Positions 12,786-25,472 are shown, counted from the first letter of the whole stretch. The stretch: DNA of 63,745 bases, filler included, from Basidioascus undulatus (GCA_000826855.1; 5 parts of 5 records of this genome joined end to end with filler, not necessarily neighbours in it); one strand, 5' to 3'. The notes: a model not told the origin generated them from the letters alone. Program-made: numbers and translations.

Positions 12786-14312
12786 CGGAGGGGCGCGGAG
12801 GAGGGGGAGGGGAGGGACGGGTGCGTTGGTTTCTTCATCACTTTTCTTTCCTTGTTTCCTTCCCTCTCTTCGTTGCCATCTTGAGGAGCGAAAGGACAAG
12901 CAGCTCACTGACAATTGCTGGGTTGGGTGCGCGTGAACAGCCCCGAAGTCGTCCTCGCCCTCCGGCAGCGGCTAAACGAGACGGTCGACGATCTCGACCA
13001 AGCGCGAAAGGACCTTGCCTCTCTGCGTGCCGAGCACAACGGGACGACGGAAGAGCTTGCGCGCGCCAAATCGGACTGTGCGTCCTGCCTCTTCATCCGC
13101 ACGCATCGTTCGTCCCTCGGCCCTTTTTGTTGACTGCCCTCTCCCCCTCTAGTGACGCTCGTCTCCAAAGACCAGCTCGACATCCTCGACTCGCTCCGAG
13201 CGTCCGTGTCGGCGGACAAGGACGCGCTCGTCGCCGAGCGGGACGAGCTCCGCGCGCACGTGCGCGAGCTCGAGGGGCGGAGCAAGGACCTGCTCGAGCG
13301 CGTGAACACGCTCTTGCTGGAGAAGGTCGAGCTACAGCGCGTGGGGATCGAGGGGCGCGAGAGGATGCTCGAGAGGGAGAGGGACTTTGGGTGCGCTTCT
13401 TCTTCTCCCCACCTTCCCTTCTTTTGCTTTCTTCTCCTACCCGTCTTTGGATAAGGAAGAGGAGGAGATGCTGATAATGGGGAGTGCAACGCGGGGTAGG
13501 GAGCTCAAGTTCGCCCTCGCTGGGAAGGGCCTGAGCGAGGAGGACAGGAGGCGCGTGATGGACCTCCAGGAGGACAACCGGCGGCTGCGCAAGGAGGCGG
13601 AGGACCTGGGGGAGAAGCTTGTGAACGCGAAGCGGTTCATCAAGCAGCAGGATAAGCTGTTCCGGGAGTGCGTGTTTCGTCTTCCTTTTCTAGGCCCTGC
13701 GAGGCGGATTGGCTGATTGACAGTGAACGGACCGGCAGGGAACACAGCAAGTCGGGCAGCAAGGGCGGGTCGTTCGAGGAGGCTGAGCAGAGCTGGGCGA
13801 GCGAGCGCGCTCTGCTGGAGGAGGACCTGACGCGGTTGAAGGTGCGTCGCCGGATCAAGGCAATGTGGGTAGTGGCTGATGAGGCGACGGGTGGACGCCG
13901 GGCAACAGACGCAGATGGACGACCTCAAGCGCCTGCATCAGCACGAACAGCGGCTCATGCTCTCCGTGCGTTGCACTCTCGCGAGATGATGGGCGCGTTT
14001 AGAAGCTGACACTGTGCGCGAACAGGCCTTCCACGACCAAGGGCTCCGCCTCATGCAAGCCACGGCACGCTCGGCTCGTGCGGGCGGGGGCGCGGGAGGC
14101 AGGAACTTCGCCCCGAGTAGCTGGTTGGCTGCGCAGAGGCAGAAGGTGCGTCGCGGAAGGTGTGGGTGGATGACGACGAGGATGGGGGCTGATGGCAGGG
14201 TTGGGGAGCGCAGCAAAACGCTAGCCTGGTACGTTCTGGTGTTGTGGGGCGGCACATTAGGAAGGATTCGGCTGATTTTTTGTGTGGGTCGGTGCAGTTC
14301 CCTCGCCGTTGA
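12786..14312 (+). CDS. hok1: Hook-family dynein/kinesin cargo adaptor, C-terminal part (5'-truncated)
   Basis: Coiled-coil exons 'AKSD|LTLVSKDQLDILDSLRAS', 'NTLLLEKVELQ', 'AKRFIKQQDKLFRE', and Hook C-terminal 'HEQRLMLS|AFHDQG..PSSWLAAQRQK'. Stop TGA at 14310-14312. Confidence 0.85.
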
Positions 14313-14747
14313 GAGCGGCTTTTCGGCGTCACCTTTCTTCTCGCTACTTTTCCATTCTGCTTCTCGTTCCTCGCCAGGCCGGCATCTCCTAGACAGCGCT
14401 CCCATTCGTCTTCACTCTTCGCGCATCTTGATCACCCCACACGCACACCCTCTATACCGCGTCTCCCACGCACGATACCAGCCCATGCTATTTCTATCCT
14501 CGCGAGCGTTTTGCATTCAACTTCTTCCATTTCCGTTCGATGCGTCACCTTTATACCTTTCTTGCGGTGAGCGGTCGGGATACAGGCACAGAGAGAACAC
14601 GCGGAGAGAAGAACGCAATATGATGTGTCGTTACTCGAAGCTACAGGGGATCGGAAGCTACAGGGGAAGTACATTGCTAGTCATAATATCCTCTATTCTA
14701 GGTGTCCGCTCATCAACCCAGGAGAGAAGTAAGAGAGTGTCGGCAGT

Positions 14748-16556
14748 CTACCACCGCACGAAAGGCTTGCGCCTCGAGGAGGCGGGGACCGTGACGGGCG
14801 CCTTCAGCGCCTCGTTGTACGCAGCGACGGCGGCGGCTTTGTTGGCTCTGAGTAAGGAGGACTTATCAGAACCGGCTATCGTTGAATAGAAAAGGGGAGG
14901 ACAAAAGATGCACTCGTATTTGGCCACGATCCGTTTCTTGTCTGCATAGTAGGCAGAAACGAGGCTCGCGGTCGCGGCGTCGACGGAAGACTTCTTGACC
15001 TGGGCGGCCTTGGCGATCCCCCACTGCTGAGCCCCGACCGCCGCGTTGACGTCGTGGCCTTCTTCGCGTTGGCAGCGTCCGTGCCCTTCTTGAACTCAGC
15101 GAGGAGGCGCATCTGCTTGGCGTTGAACGCCGCCTGTTCGCTGTGCGCCCGCGTAGATGCCGTTGACACGCTTGGCCTTAGTGTTGTAGACGGCCTGCGC
15201 CGGGGCGGAGACGTTGGCCAGCTTGGCGTTGAACGCGTTCGCAGCGTCCGTGAGGGCCTGCTTTGTCGTGTTGGTCGCGGTGTCGAACGCGAGCTTCAGC
15301 GCGGCCGTGGCGTCCTGCTGCTGCTTGATCTTGGCCGCTTGCAGAGCGTCCGCGGCCGCCTTGTCCTTCGCGGCCTTGTTGGCGGCGATCTTGTAAGAAT
15401 ATGAGGCAATGTCAGAGGCTGATTTTTCTTTTTGGGTGATGGGAACCCGATGGAATGGAAAGACGCACCTCGTCAGGAGTGAGAATGTTTTGTGAGCTGC
15501 GAGTTGTCCATGCCGGCGGGGACCAGCTTGAAGTCGATGCAGTTTTGCGTTGGAGACAGGTGCGTCTGAGTCACAACGGGAAAAATCCCAAAAGAAAAAG
15601 TCAGCACTCACGATGTAGTACTGTTGCGACAGAGGGCTCGACCACAACCATCTACCCACCCACACGATGTACCCAACAGCTCGCGCGGCAAAGGCAGAAA
15701 GGAAAAGACTTACTGCAGTGCGCAAGTCCCAGGCTGGCTGCACCGGCTCTGAAATGAGTCAGGCAGCGTAAAGTTCCAGTTGGTCTCCTCCGGGGTGGCG
15801 GGCAGCGCCTTGAGGTAGCCGTTCTCCGACGTGGAGGACCACGTCCGGACGGCGGTGTACAGGACGGTGCTGGAGGCGAGGTCGGTGACGGTTGCGTTGG
15901 CGTATCTGTCGTGTTATGAAGAGTCAACATGCGCCTCCATCACTGCCTGATTAAACTAGAAAAAGTGAGAAACTCACCCGGCATGAGGGTTGGTGAACCG
16001 CTGCCCGATGCGGACGGTTTGACCGACCGCCCAAGTGTGCTGGTTCGCAGCGCCTTGGTCGGCGTAATGTTGCAAGGTATCATCAGTGTAAGTAAAGTGG
16101 ACTCATGGGCAGTGTAAAATAAGAGCGTACCATGCCGCGGCATTGCATGAGATACGTCCACAGCACGTCAGCGATGCCTGGAACAGCGGCTGCAAAGAGG
16201 TCACAACCGTCCTTGGGCTTGGTGGCGTTGTTCATGGCAGCATAGTAGTCGATACGCCACTGCAATATCCCATGAAATGTAAGCCGTACATCCCCCACCC
16301 TTGATGTAGTCTGCATACGCACATACTCAATGGGGCCGCCGCTACCCAGATTGGAGTTAATTTGGTTGGTCCAGCGCTCACCGCACTTTTCAGTCATACT
16401 GCACAAGACCAAGCATGTGAGGGGCCGTTCCCTTGCAAAGTGAACCACAAATGAGCGGACGACATACGCAGGTCCGGCTGGCGAGGCTGGGGGTAGACGA
16501 TGAGCGGGGTTAGCAAGTGCAACGAGGAGGAGGAGCTGCAGGTTGAGAGGGAACAT
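14748..16556 (-). pseudogene. AA16 LPMO-like secreted copper protein with a long Ala/Lys-rich helical C-terminal extension; probably pseudogenized
   Basis: Signal peptide MFPLNLQLLLLVALA; PQPRQP(GPA)MTEKCG; CDLF..CRGMHYADQ..NQHTWAVGQTV..NPHAGYANATVTD; ETNWNFTLPDSFQSRCSQPGTCALQ; QNCIDF. Motif order matches AA16 as I recall it (P.PR.PG.AM..ACG, PH.G.ANVS.VD, QTYESCVDF). Two splice acceptors read AA instead of AG (16070-71, 16143-44) and there are frameshifts. Confidence 0.72.
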
Positions 16557-17844
16557 TGCCGTGGTTGGATGCGTAAGGGGATAAGAGTTGGGAAAACGGA
16601 AACGATGGTTAGTTGAGGGCCTATATATGTGCCGCCTGGAGAGAAGACGGTCTGGAATCTTCTCTTCTCTTCGCTCTCAGTGAGGTGAACACGATGCGCT
16701 CGCCACGTTGTATCAACAATAGAAGAGGCAGTCGTCGAACTCATACAGTACTCATACGCCCATGCCCACGTTGTTTAGTCGAAGTCTATCTAGTCGGAGA
16801 AGCCTGAGAAGCGCTCGTCGCAGTGTAACGCTGCAGAAGCAGCGGCAGAGACGCAACGGTGAGAAGGCACGGCAAAGTTGGCGCCACAGCCTTGATCGGG
16901 AGCCTGGTGTAATTGCGCAGGCGTGGACGCCACGTGGGCTCATCTCTTTTTTTTTCTCGTGCAAGACTCCCAAGGTTATCTTGCGTGATGTCTGGACGGG
17001 ATCTGTTGAGCTGAAAGCCAGATTGGCCTGTTGCGACTGTGGTGGATCGAAGTGAAGAAGAGTCTCTGGGAGAAAGCTGTGGAAGTGCTGCGCGTGCTCT
17101 TGAGGCTCTCCACTGCGCCAGCCCACATCAACCCATCTCACTACTTATCCTTCGCTTAGCACACGAAGGATATGCCGAAGCTTAGTGATAACTGATAAGC
17201 TATTTCCGGAAGAAGCTACGGCTGAGCGGTGCACCACGCGGGCAACGCTCGTGAGCTCCAGCCTTCGAGTGCAGCATATGTTTCTGAAGTTCTCGCCCAA
17301 GCCTTAGATGAAGGTGGCCACAGTTTCTTTCGGAAACTCCGATTCTGTGGGTCAGTTGATTTGTCAAAACTCCGAGGTCATGGACTTGCTCTCGGTCGAC
17401 GTTCTGCGTTCCTGCGGAAGAACAGGCTCGCCTGCATGCCCGGCTGCCGTGTCCGAAACACCAGCGTGAGACTGGACAATTCCATTGGCATGCTTTCTGG
17501 GGTCCTGGAAATACAACCCTCTGGGAAAATGAGTCCTTGACATTACACGTCCATTTGCCATTATCCCACGTTGCGCGCTGCATCGCACGCAATACCAGTG
17601 TTAAGAGGAATCCCGCACCGCGAAACTTTTTCTCAGGATGGGTCAAAGGGAGAATAAAAACCGAGTTGTTCAACCAATAATACTTTGGCTCTAAGGGTCC
17701 AAAGCTGCCCTCCAGTTGCTGGGCGATGATGATGGCCCAGCGCATCGTTTCCGAGCGCAAACTTCCTTCAACGGCGCGTCCCTCCGCCACCGCAGCGAAC
17801 AAGGCTGCCTCCCGAAAGCCCTCCTGTGTACGGCGCTCCCGGAA

Positions 17845-18688
17845 ATGGTCGCTTTCTCCTTATATCAATCAATCGCGCTCCCCACGTCTATCAATGAACC
17901 GGAGCAGTCCACGTTGATTCCGTTGTCTGACGCGCTTTCAGCGTCGCTCAGCCAAGCGTACACGCTCGCGCTTGCGCTCCTCCGCCGGCCTGAGATGATC
18001 CGGATCCTGGCGGCCCTTTTACGTAGCGATATTCACTCGCGTTCGTGGCTTCAAGTCAGCCACGAGGAGGTGGAAGGCGCGAAGAAGGTCCTCGAGGACC
18101 CCCCTGATCTGCACGTTAATCCAGTGCAGGGAGTGCTCGGAAGCGGCAGGAGATATATCGAGCTCCGGGCCAAGGTGAGCAGCTTTATCCCCCCTGAAGA
18201 AATCTGGGATGGCTGAGAGAGGCCGAAGACGGCTGCGTGACAGGACGTGACGGCGCTCGCGGCAGCGTCGATTTCCGACGACCCTAGGCTGTACTGCCGG
18301 CTCCATCTCGTTCAGAGCTCTATGCTTGTCCATGACCTGGCGGCCTGGGGCCGAAGATTCAAGCATGGAGCGGTCGGGGACGCCTACGCCGGCCTCGCGG
18401 CCGAGCAAGCGCTGTTCGGTGGGCGTTTGGGCTGGGAGGGGCAGGAGGGCGGCCCTGTATGCTTGGAACGCCCTATTACAGGGGGGCAATGGTACAAGCT
18501 GTCCGACGACAGGGTAAGAGCGGCGTGCGAAGGTGAGTAATGCTCTGTTGTCTAGTAGCGCCATACAGTGGCCCGCTGAATTGGCACGACTCCGCACTGC
18601 AGACCCAGACGCGGCGAGCCTGCCCTTTGAGGTCAGGGAAGACGACAAGGTGGAGAAAGAAAACGTCGTTTCGAGGCCTTTGAGATGA
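17845..18688 (+). CDS. Hypothetical protein with a degenerate zincin-like motif (about 3 exons)
   Basis: ORFs 17716-18216 and 18247-18540 are joined by a gtgagc..cag intron. 'LVHDLAAW..GDAYAGLAAEQALFGG' resembles the HELxH..G..E..FGG pattern of fungal hypothetical proteins. The last exon follows a gtgagt..cag intron; the 3' end is uncertain. Confidence 0.5.
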
Positions 18689-19232
18689 TTGTAACTTCAT
18701 CGACTGGAGCCACTATGAAATCTCGTCAATTGTTGGAGACGGGGACATACAGCGAGCAACGCGAGAACTGTGAGAGATTCAGTTTCCGGTACATGGCCCT
18801 CCCGATCCCTTTTGTTTTTGCTGCTTTGAGAGACACCTGCGTTGGAAGTTATAACTTGTTTTGTCGACGACCGTTGTGGAACATGATAATGAAGTGCTAC
18901 CCAAGGTCCGACATAGCAGATTCACCTCATGGCTAGCTGCGCTACACAGCCTCGACCTCACCAGGCCGTTTAAAGACGCTCAGAACGATCTTCAACTTGG
19001 GTCACATTGCTCACACAGGCTTTCAGAGCACCTAGTCCCGAGGCGATGTTCTTGCGGACGGAGGAAGGCAAAAGTTGCACGTGATCGCCAGCGGCCTTCT
19101 CGCAAACGCTCGTCTGCATCTCCTTGTTCATGCGTTCATCGCCCCTTTGCTGTTATCCACCACCGTCTCGCAGTGCATCCATCACGCTTACCACTATATT
19201 CGGCTCATTTGCGATCGCTTTGCCTCTGGATC

Positions 19233-22227
19233 ATGTCCAACTTTGCAAATACATCGCCTTCATTCAGCTTCGGGCTGCCAGCCACAACGGGCGTTGATCA
19301 TGTCGAGGAGCGCCAGTTCGCGGAGACCAGAACGATCACGCTCGAATGGAGGCTCAGTGGGCTCCGAGACTTGTTCGAGAAGAGGTGAGCAGACACCTGC
19401 TCAGTACTGGGAGTCTCATGTGCACGGAGCTGGCACACGGGTTTCGAGAGAAGCGACTTGCTTGCTCAATGCTGCGTGATCGAGGGAGGAGACAAGCGGC
19501 CTCATGTCCTGCGAGTAATCCTCGTACAATGGGCTCACCGTTCCCGTTCTCGAATGATCATCTTTTCTGCCTCAATTCCGTTCGAATCATTTGACTAAAC
19601 GAGTTGCTGTCCATGACTACAGCAAGGGGGACATGAAATCGAAAGTGGTCAAGTCGGTCCTCTTCGGCGGCGGGCGCTGGCAGATCTTGTAAGCAGGGGT
19701 GCACCAGTGTAGCCTAAAAACTGTAACGATGTAGAGCTGACGCTTCGGCATGCACAGATTCTACGCGAACTCGGGACATGACAGGTCGTCGTTATCCTCG
19801 CTTCAGCTCTGAATCTTGCTGATATCTGAAAAGTTTCTAGCTACTCCTCACTGTATCTGAGCTGCGAGGTCAGTCTGTGCTGGCATCGACATGGTTACTC
19901 GATGCACTGAAAAGGTCCGACCGTCAGCCGACTCAAGACGAGAAGGAGCAAGCGCACGATGGCTCTTGGACGCGGGAGGGCAAGTTCTCCTTTTCGTTTG
20001 AGCTGAAGACGTAGGTCCTCCAGACTTCTTAGTTTAATATGTCGATGCTAAGCCTCAGTTTGAGCAGACACAACAAGGCAATAAGCGTACGCAATGAGCC
20101 TCATCCGTCTCGACATCGTCTCGACAGAAGCTGACACTGTCTGTGCACAGTTGAGCAACAAGGAGGCTTGTGGGTTTCTGTGGAGAGCGATGTCGTTTTC
20201 AAAGCTGAACTTGACGTTCTTCAGGCGATCACCAATTTTCGAGCAAAACGGCGAACTGGGGTTGGGCGCAATTTGCAAAAGTACGCTGCTCCTCTATATC
20301 TCCGTCACTTTCACAGCTCATGTTCTCCGCAGCGCGATACCATATTTTATGCCAATTCTACCGTCAAATATGTGCGTGCTCTCCCGCGTTACTGAGCAGG
20401 TCAATGCACTGACTCTTTCCGCTGCAATAGCACGACGCGTTCTTGATCATCTGCTCCATCACCACCTCCCCCGAGACGCCCGCTCCACCGCCGCCGACGC
20501 CGCGACAGGTCGTCCCTCGCGACCTACTCGACGCCATCGGTGGCATGCTAAACGACCCACTCTATTCGGACGTCGAGTTCGTCTTCCCCTCGCGCCGGCG
20601 CGGCAGCCGCAAGGTCCGCAAGCTGTACGCCAACAAGCGCATACTTAGCCGCTGCGAGTACTTCAGCACGAGTCAGTGTACATGGCCTACATTTTTCGTT
20701 GAATTTCTTCGTCGCTGACGCGATGCCTTGCGCAGTGTTCGAGAGCGGGTTTGCGGAAGGGGACCCCGCGGCGGAAGGACGCGTGAGCGCCAGTCCGGCG
20801 CCGTCTGCCTCTCATCTCGAGGACGACATGGAGTCCGACTCGCAGCCTTTCGGCATGGGACTCGAAGACGACTCGGATGCGTCCGAGACGAGCAGCGTGG
20901 GCGTCCCGGACGGCGCGGAAGAGTCGAGCGAAGAAGATGTGGTTCAGGAGCAGGGCGGCGGAGAAGAGGGGAGCAGCGAGGATGAGGACGAGACGAACGC
21001 CGATGGCGACGCTCCTCGGCGAACGGCGTCTACGGCGGCGGCGGCGGCGGCAGCGGCAGCGGCAGCGGCGGCGGCTCCCGAGGCGGACGCGGAGCGCGAG
21101 GTACTCATGCTCGGAGGATCGCCAGGAGACGATGTAAAGCGGAGGACGGGCGCGGACAGGGAGGAGAGCAGGGCCGCAAAACGCGCAAAGCGGCACTCGG
21201 GCGCGAGCGTCCCGCCTGGTCCGCCCAAAGTCCGCGTCACCATCACCGACGTGGCGTACAGGACATACAGAGCTTTGCTCTACTACGTGCGTTCTGAGGC
21301 AGCTAACTCTAAGGAGTGGAGGTTGATTTGCGACACGTCCACAGATCTACACCGAGTACGTTCCTATCTTCCTTCTGACAAAGGATTCCTGCTGATGACT
21401 TCAATTCATGGGTCACTCGCAGCTCTATCACCTTCGCGCCACTGAGCTCCCATTTCGCCGCTCTTTCCGCCCAGCGCTTGGACGGCAATGCCCATCACGG
21501 CGCCGCCACGCTCGGCGCGTCCGGCTCGGGCGGGCAGTCCAGCCGTGCCAAACCTGTGACGGTACCCGTCGTCGAGGGCGAGCTGCACATGACGCGTCGG
21601 GAGTACATTAAGGCATACACGACCGCGCACCCGACGCGCCCGGTGCCGTGCAGCTCGAAGGCTATCTACCGCTTGGCGGACAGTGCGTCCCACCTGCCTT
21701 ACCTTTCTTCGCCCAACGTAGACTGGTACTGATCTGCCTTCGCAGTGCTCGACATGCGCGAGCTCAAGGCGAGGGCTTACGACCACATCGTTAGCTCGCT
21801 CACAACGGCCACGATCCCGATGGAAGTCTTTGGGAGCTTTTCGGCTGCGTACGACGAAATACGCCAGGTCCGTCGCGCTTTACACCGTCTCCCATACTCG
21901 TTCGCTTAAAAGTGGGGATCCGTCAGGTCCAAGAGTCATTCCTTCTCGCCCGGTGGGATTCGGTCAAGACGTCGCCGGCGATGCGGGAAGCTATCGCGTC
22001 GATCGGGCAAGGGAAGCCGGGCGTGGAAGAGGGTATGCATCAGCGCCTGCCTTTTCGCAAAACAAACTTTTGCCCTGCTGATGCGCTAATATCGCTTTGA
22101 CCGCTACCACACTGCAGTCCTCATGAGCGTTCTCTCCAAGTTGAGCTACAATCCCGCTAGCGCCAAGGCTGGCGCTGCCGGAGAAAGGAAGGACAATGGG
22201 CCTGGAGGTGTGGGCGATGGATCGTAG
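19233..22227 (+). CDS. MATH-like + BTB/POZ domain protein (Cul3 adaptor type)
   Basis: TITLEWRLSGLRDLFE, FGGGRWQIL|FYANSG, SLYLSCE, TANWGWAQFAK (MATH-like); DPLYSDVEFVF..LYANKRILSRCEYF, ITDVAYRTYRALLYY, CSSKAIYRLAD (BTB). ATG at 19233, TAG at 22225-22227. Confidence 0.88.
21035..21076 (+). repeat. GCN trinucleotide tract encoding 14 Ala inside the BTB gene
   Basis: gcggcggcggcggcggcagcggcagcggcagcggcggcggct. Confidence 0.85.
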
Positions 22228-22612
22228 GGCAGGTGGAGGACGCGCTGTTCATGGTCTGAATATGCGTGTTTGGAGAGCGTTTCGTACGTTTGTTGGTTCA
22301 CCGTTGTTTATGCTGATCTCTACCTTGGCCATGCAAGCGACGTGTTCCTTCCCAGTGTCCGTGTGTGCTCTGATGACCCCCACGTAACTCTCCGTGTCAA
22401 GATGGATAATCCTTCATTTCACAGTTTTGAGGATTGTTTTGTGGTCAATGTGATTTAACCGAGAGAAGCTGTGTGTTTACGCGCACAATATGCAGCTTCC
22501 TTTCGTCTGTTAGCTAGTACAGTACTCGACCATTGCATGAGCAGGCCGACCGATGGACGCGTCCTTGTGCCGCTGCTCTCATCATCCCAACTCCCTCTCT
22601 CAGTCGAGTGCC

Positions 22613-24210
22613 ATGACATCTCGACGTCGTGGTAAGCCATCCTACCCGTTATTTTGTTTTTTTCCTCAAATATCCTCTAAATTTAAAATGCAACCCTCCA
22701 GACTTCCTCTCTTCGCTCGCCCCCGAGCTCCTCGACGAGATCGCGCTCGCACTCCCGCCTACTCCGCTCCCCTCGCTGGCGCTCACGTCTCGCCGCCCTC
22801 ACTCAATTGCGAACCCGCATCTTTACGCTGCATCCCTCTTGCCGCCGCGCGACCTCGAAGCTTTCGAACGGACTGTTCTGGCGCGTCCCGAACTCGCTTG
22901 GCACGTTCGATGATGGTCAATCCACGTTTTCGATGTCGAGTTGAACAGCAGTAATCATGCTGCTCGCGTGCTCCAGGCCTTCAATTTCGAATTGACAGAC
23001 TTCACGCTTCTCGTGCCCGACATCTCGGAGCAGGATGATTACCGGCGCTTTTATCACGGACTGTCATACACGCTTGCCCTCCCGCGAGTGACCACGGCTA
23101 GAAATCGCTTATCAGTCCAGGATTCGACCGGGACAGCCGCTCGCACCACTCAACCTGCATACTTTTAGGCCGATCCTTGACCGGTACCGTATCGCTTCAT
23201 CCCTTGTCGTCCTCCGCATCGAGCAGCTCCCACAACCTCGCTTCGACTTTGCATCTCGTCCAGGACGTGCTTGTGACGTGTCATGGCACCCTCCGGGATG
23301 TCCGAGGGTGCTTGCAGCCCCCTGTTCTCCTTTTCGGTGACAATGGACCGCCGCGAGATCGCGATGTCATATTCCGCAATCTCTTCGCCCACGCGAAGAT
23401 CGAAGGCGTCGAATCCTGGCCGAGCCTCGAGCACCTTCCCCTCAAAGGTCATCCGCTCTCCGCGCAGGGCCTTGATTTCCTGAAACTTTGTCCGGAGCTT
23501 CGCATTCTCGATGTTGGCGAATCGGAGCTTTCCCAGCGGCATTCCCCGGACGCTGCGCTTGCGCGCGCCGCGCCCCCCGAAGCTGGCGAGCGTCGCATGC
23601 ACGGCTGACAAGCTTTTCTTATCTTGAAGCACGACGCGCCGGCCTCGCTTCGATCTGTCGCACTCGTCGGGGGAGGACCCCGATGCTATCGAAGAGAACG
23701 AGGAGGAAGATCGGCTCAATCCCTTACCTGTCGAGGGTGCCAAAGTCCTCTTTTCGCAATGCGTCCGTCACATTCAATCGCATCTTGTTCCCCCACCGGG
23801 CCTTCCCTGCTGTGGAGGCCCTCGCGTTGCACAACGACCATGCGTACGAGGACATAGACCCGCTTTCGGACAACGTGAGTCTCCACCTCGTCTCAGACGC
23901 ATTCCCTTTACCTGCGAGAGCTGATGAAAATTTGTACGCGCAGACGCACCTGCTTTCAAACCTCAAGAGCCTTCCTTTTCTTCATTCCTTTGGCTTGGGT
24001 ACCTTCCCGATTCCAGTTCCTGTCTCCTCGAAGACATTCCTGAGCCGGTCGGATAGATACGCACTGTCGGCGGCGTCGCCGTCCCCGACGCAAGAGCAGC
24101 GAGCCGGGCATGGGCATTGCTTTTGGCGTCCTACCTCCAGAACCTGTCGTGGTTCTCCGTGGACCCCAGCTGCCGGACGTTTGCGTATCGTTCGAGGGGA
24201 GGAGGACTGA
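22613..24210 (+). pseudogene. F-box/LRR-like protein, probably degenerate
   Basis: MTSRRR|DFLSSLAPELLDEIALALPPTPLPSLALTSRRPHSIANPHLY is F-box-like, and WPSLEHLPLK..FLKLCPELRILDV is LRR-like. In-frame stops and frame switches at about 22911, 23165-23180 and 23606. Confidence 0.6.
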
Positions 24211-25395
24211 GCCCGCGCGGACCGTCAAGGCAAGCGGGAATGAGGCGAGGGTCTTTGCGGAGTGGTTTGGGGGCAGGGAGTGACCGCCGTTATTTTATTT
24301 TTCTCAAGAATAAAATACTGGCTGGCCGAAACGTTCCCTTTGGTATCTGAGCAGCTTGCCATTGCTGCGAAAACATCTTCCGCCGCAAAAGCATCTCCCA
24401 AGCATCAACACGGCAATCAAAGTGATGAGCGGCATCTTCTCATTCAAAATTGATAGTTACATTGAACCGCCATTGCAATGACGACTTCGTAACCTGCCGT
24501 AACAGGAAACATACAACTGATCTACGACCGGCCCTCGCAACTTGCTGCATCTGAATTCGGCCCGTCACATACGCGTCGTTCCTTTTCTCTGCTGCCACAC
24601 CGTTCTCAGCGTTCATTCTCGAGCGAAAGAGGTCCTTCACTCTTATTGCTACTGTGGAAACTTTGAGCCTTGGCCGATAGGCACGGGATTCAACTCATCC
24701 ACTTCAGCGACACGTTTGGAAAATCGTCGGAGCCACGATGCATGCGGGGAAGTTTGGATTCCACATAGACATTTAGCTATAACACAGGGAGGAGTATCTC
24801 ATGAAGTATTTGTCTGTATTCCGTCTATCGGAGGAAAGGGAAAATACGCAGCCTTTTCACTCAGGGGTTGAAAGGCTGCACTGTGGGAGCTGCTGTCGGA
24901 ACGGTGCTCGCGCTGACTCGCGTTAACTCCGTGCAGTCGACCCTTGTTATGCAGTCATCGAGGACATGCCTCACTAGCTGGATTAAAAACAAGAGTTTAA
25001 CAAAGGCATCTGCACCGGCACCGAAGCAGATGGCCAGACGCTTGCTGCACTTTCATCAGAGGTCCAGGCCGTGGCAGCTCTCTGCCAGCAGACCCGGCAT
25101 CTGCAGTGTCGGTTATCGTTCTCCACGAGGAACTCAGACTCTTAAACTAAAGCGGTATTATTTTAGTTCAATCAGGAACGACTAACAGCGCCAGGATTCT
25201 CCACTGCTGCACAAGAAACGGGCGGCTGAGGGTTGACCCCACTGAACCAAACACTTACTTCTAGCCCAAAAACATATATAGTCTTGTGTGGTTGGGATCG
25301 GCCTGGTATGGGAATAAATGAGGCTTTCCTTAGAAAGAATGAGAACCTTTCAGGTTTTGAGGATTTTAAGGATCAGATTAACACACTGTAACATC

Positions 25396-25468
25396 GGCCG
25401 CTTAACTCAGTTGGTAGAGTGTTTGCTTAACACGCAAAATGTCGCAGGATCGAGCCCTGCAGTGGTCA
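25396..25468 (+). tRNA. trnV-AAC: tRNA-Val (anticodon AAC), intronless, copy 1
   Basis: Cloverleaf: GGCCGCT/AGTGGTC acceptor stem, ACTC/GAGT D stem, TTTGC-ttAACac-GCAAA anticodon arm, GCAGG-ATCGAGC-CCTGC T arm, discriminator A. Confidence 0.95.
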
Positions 25469-25472
25469 TTCT

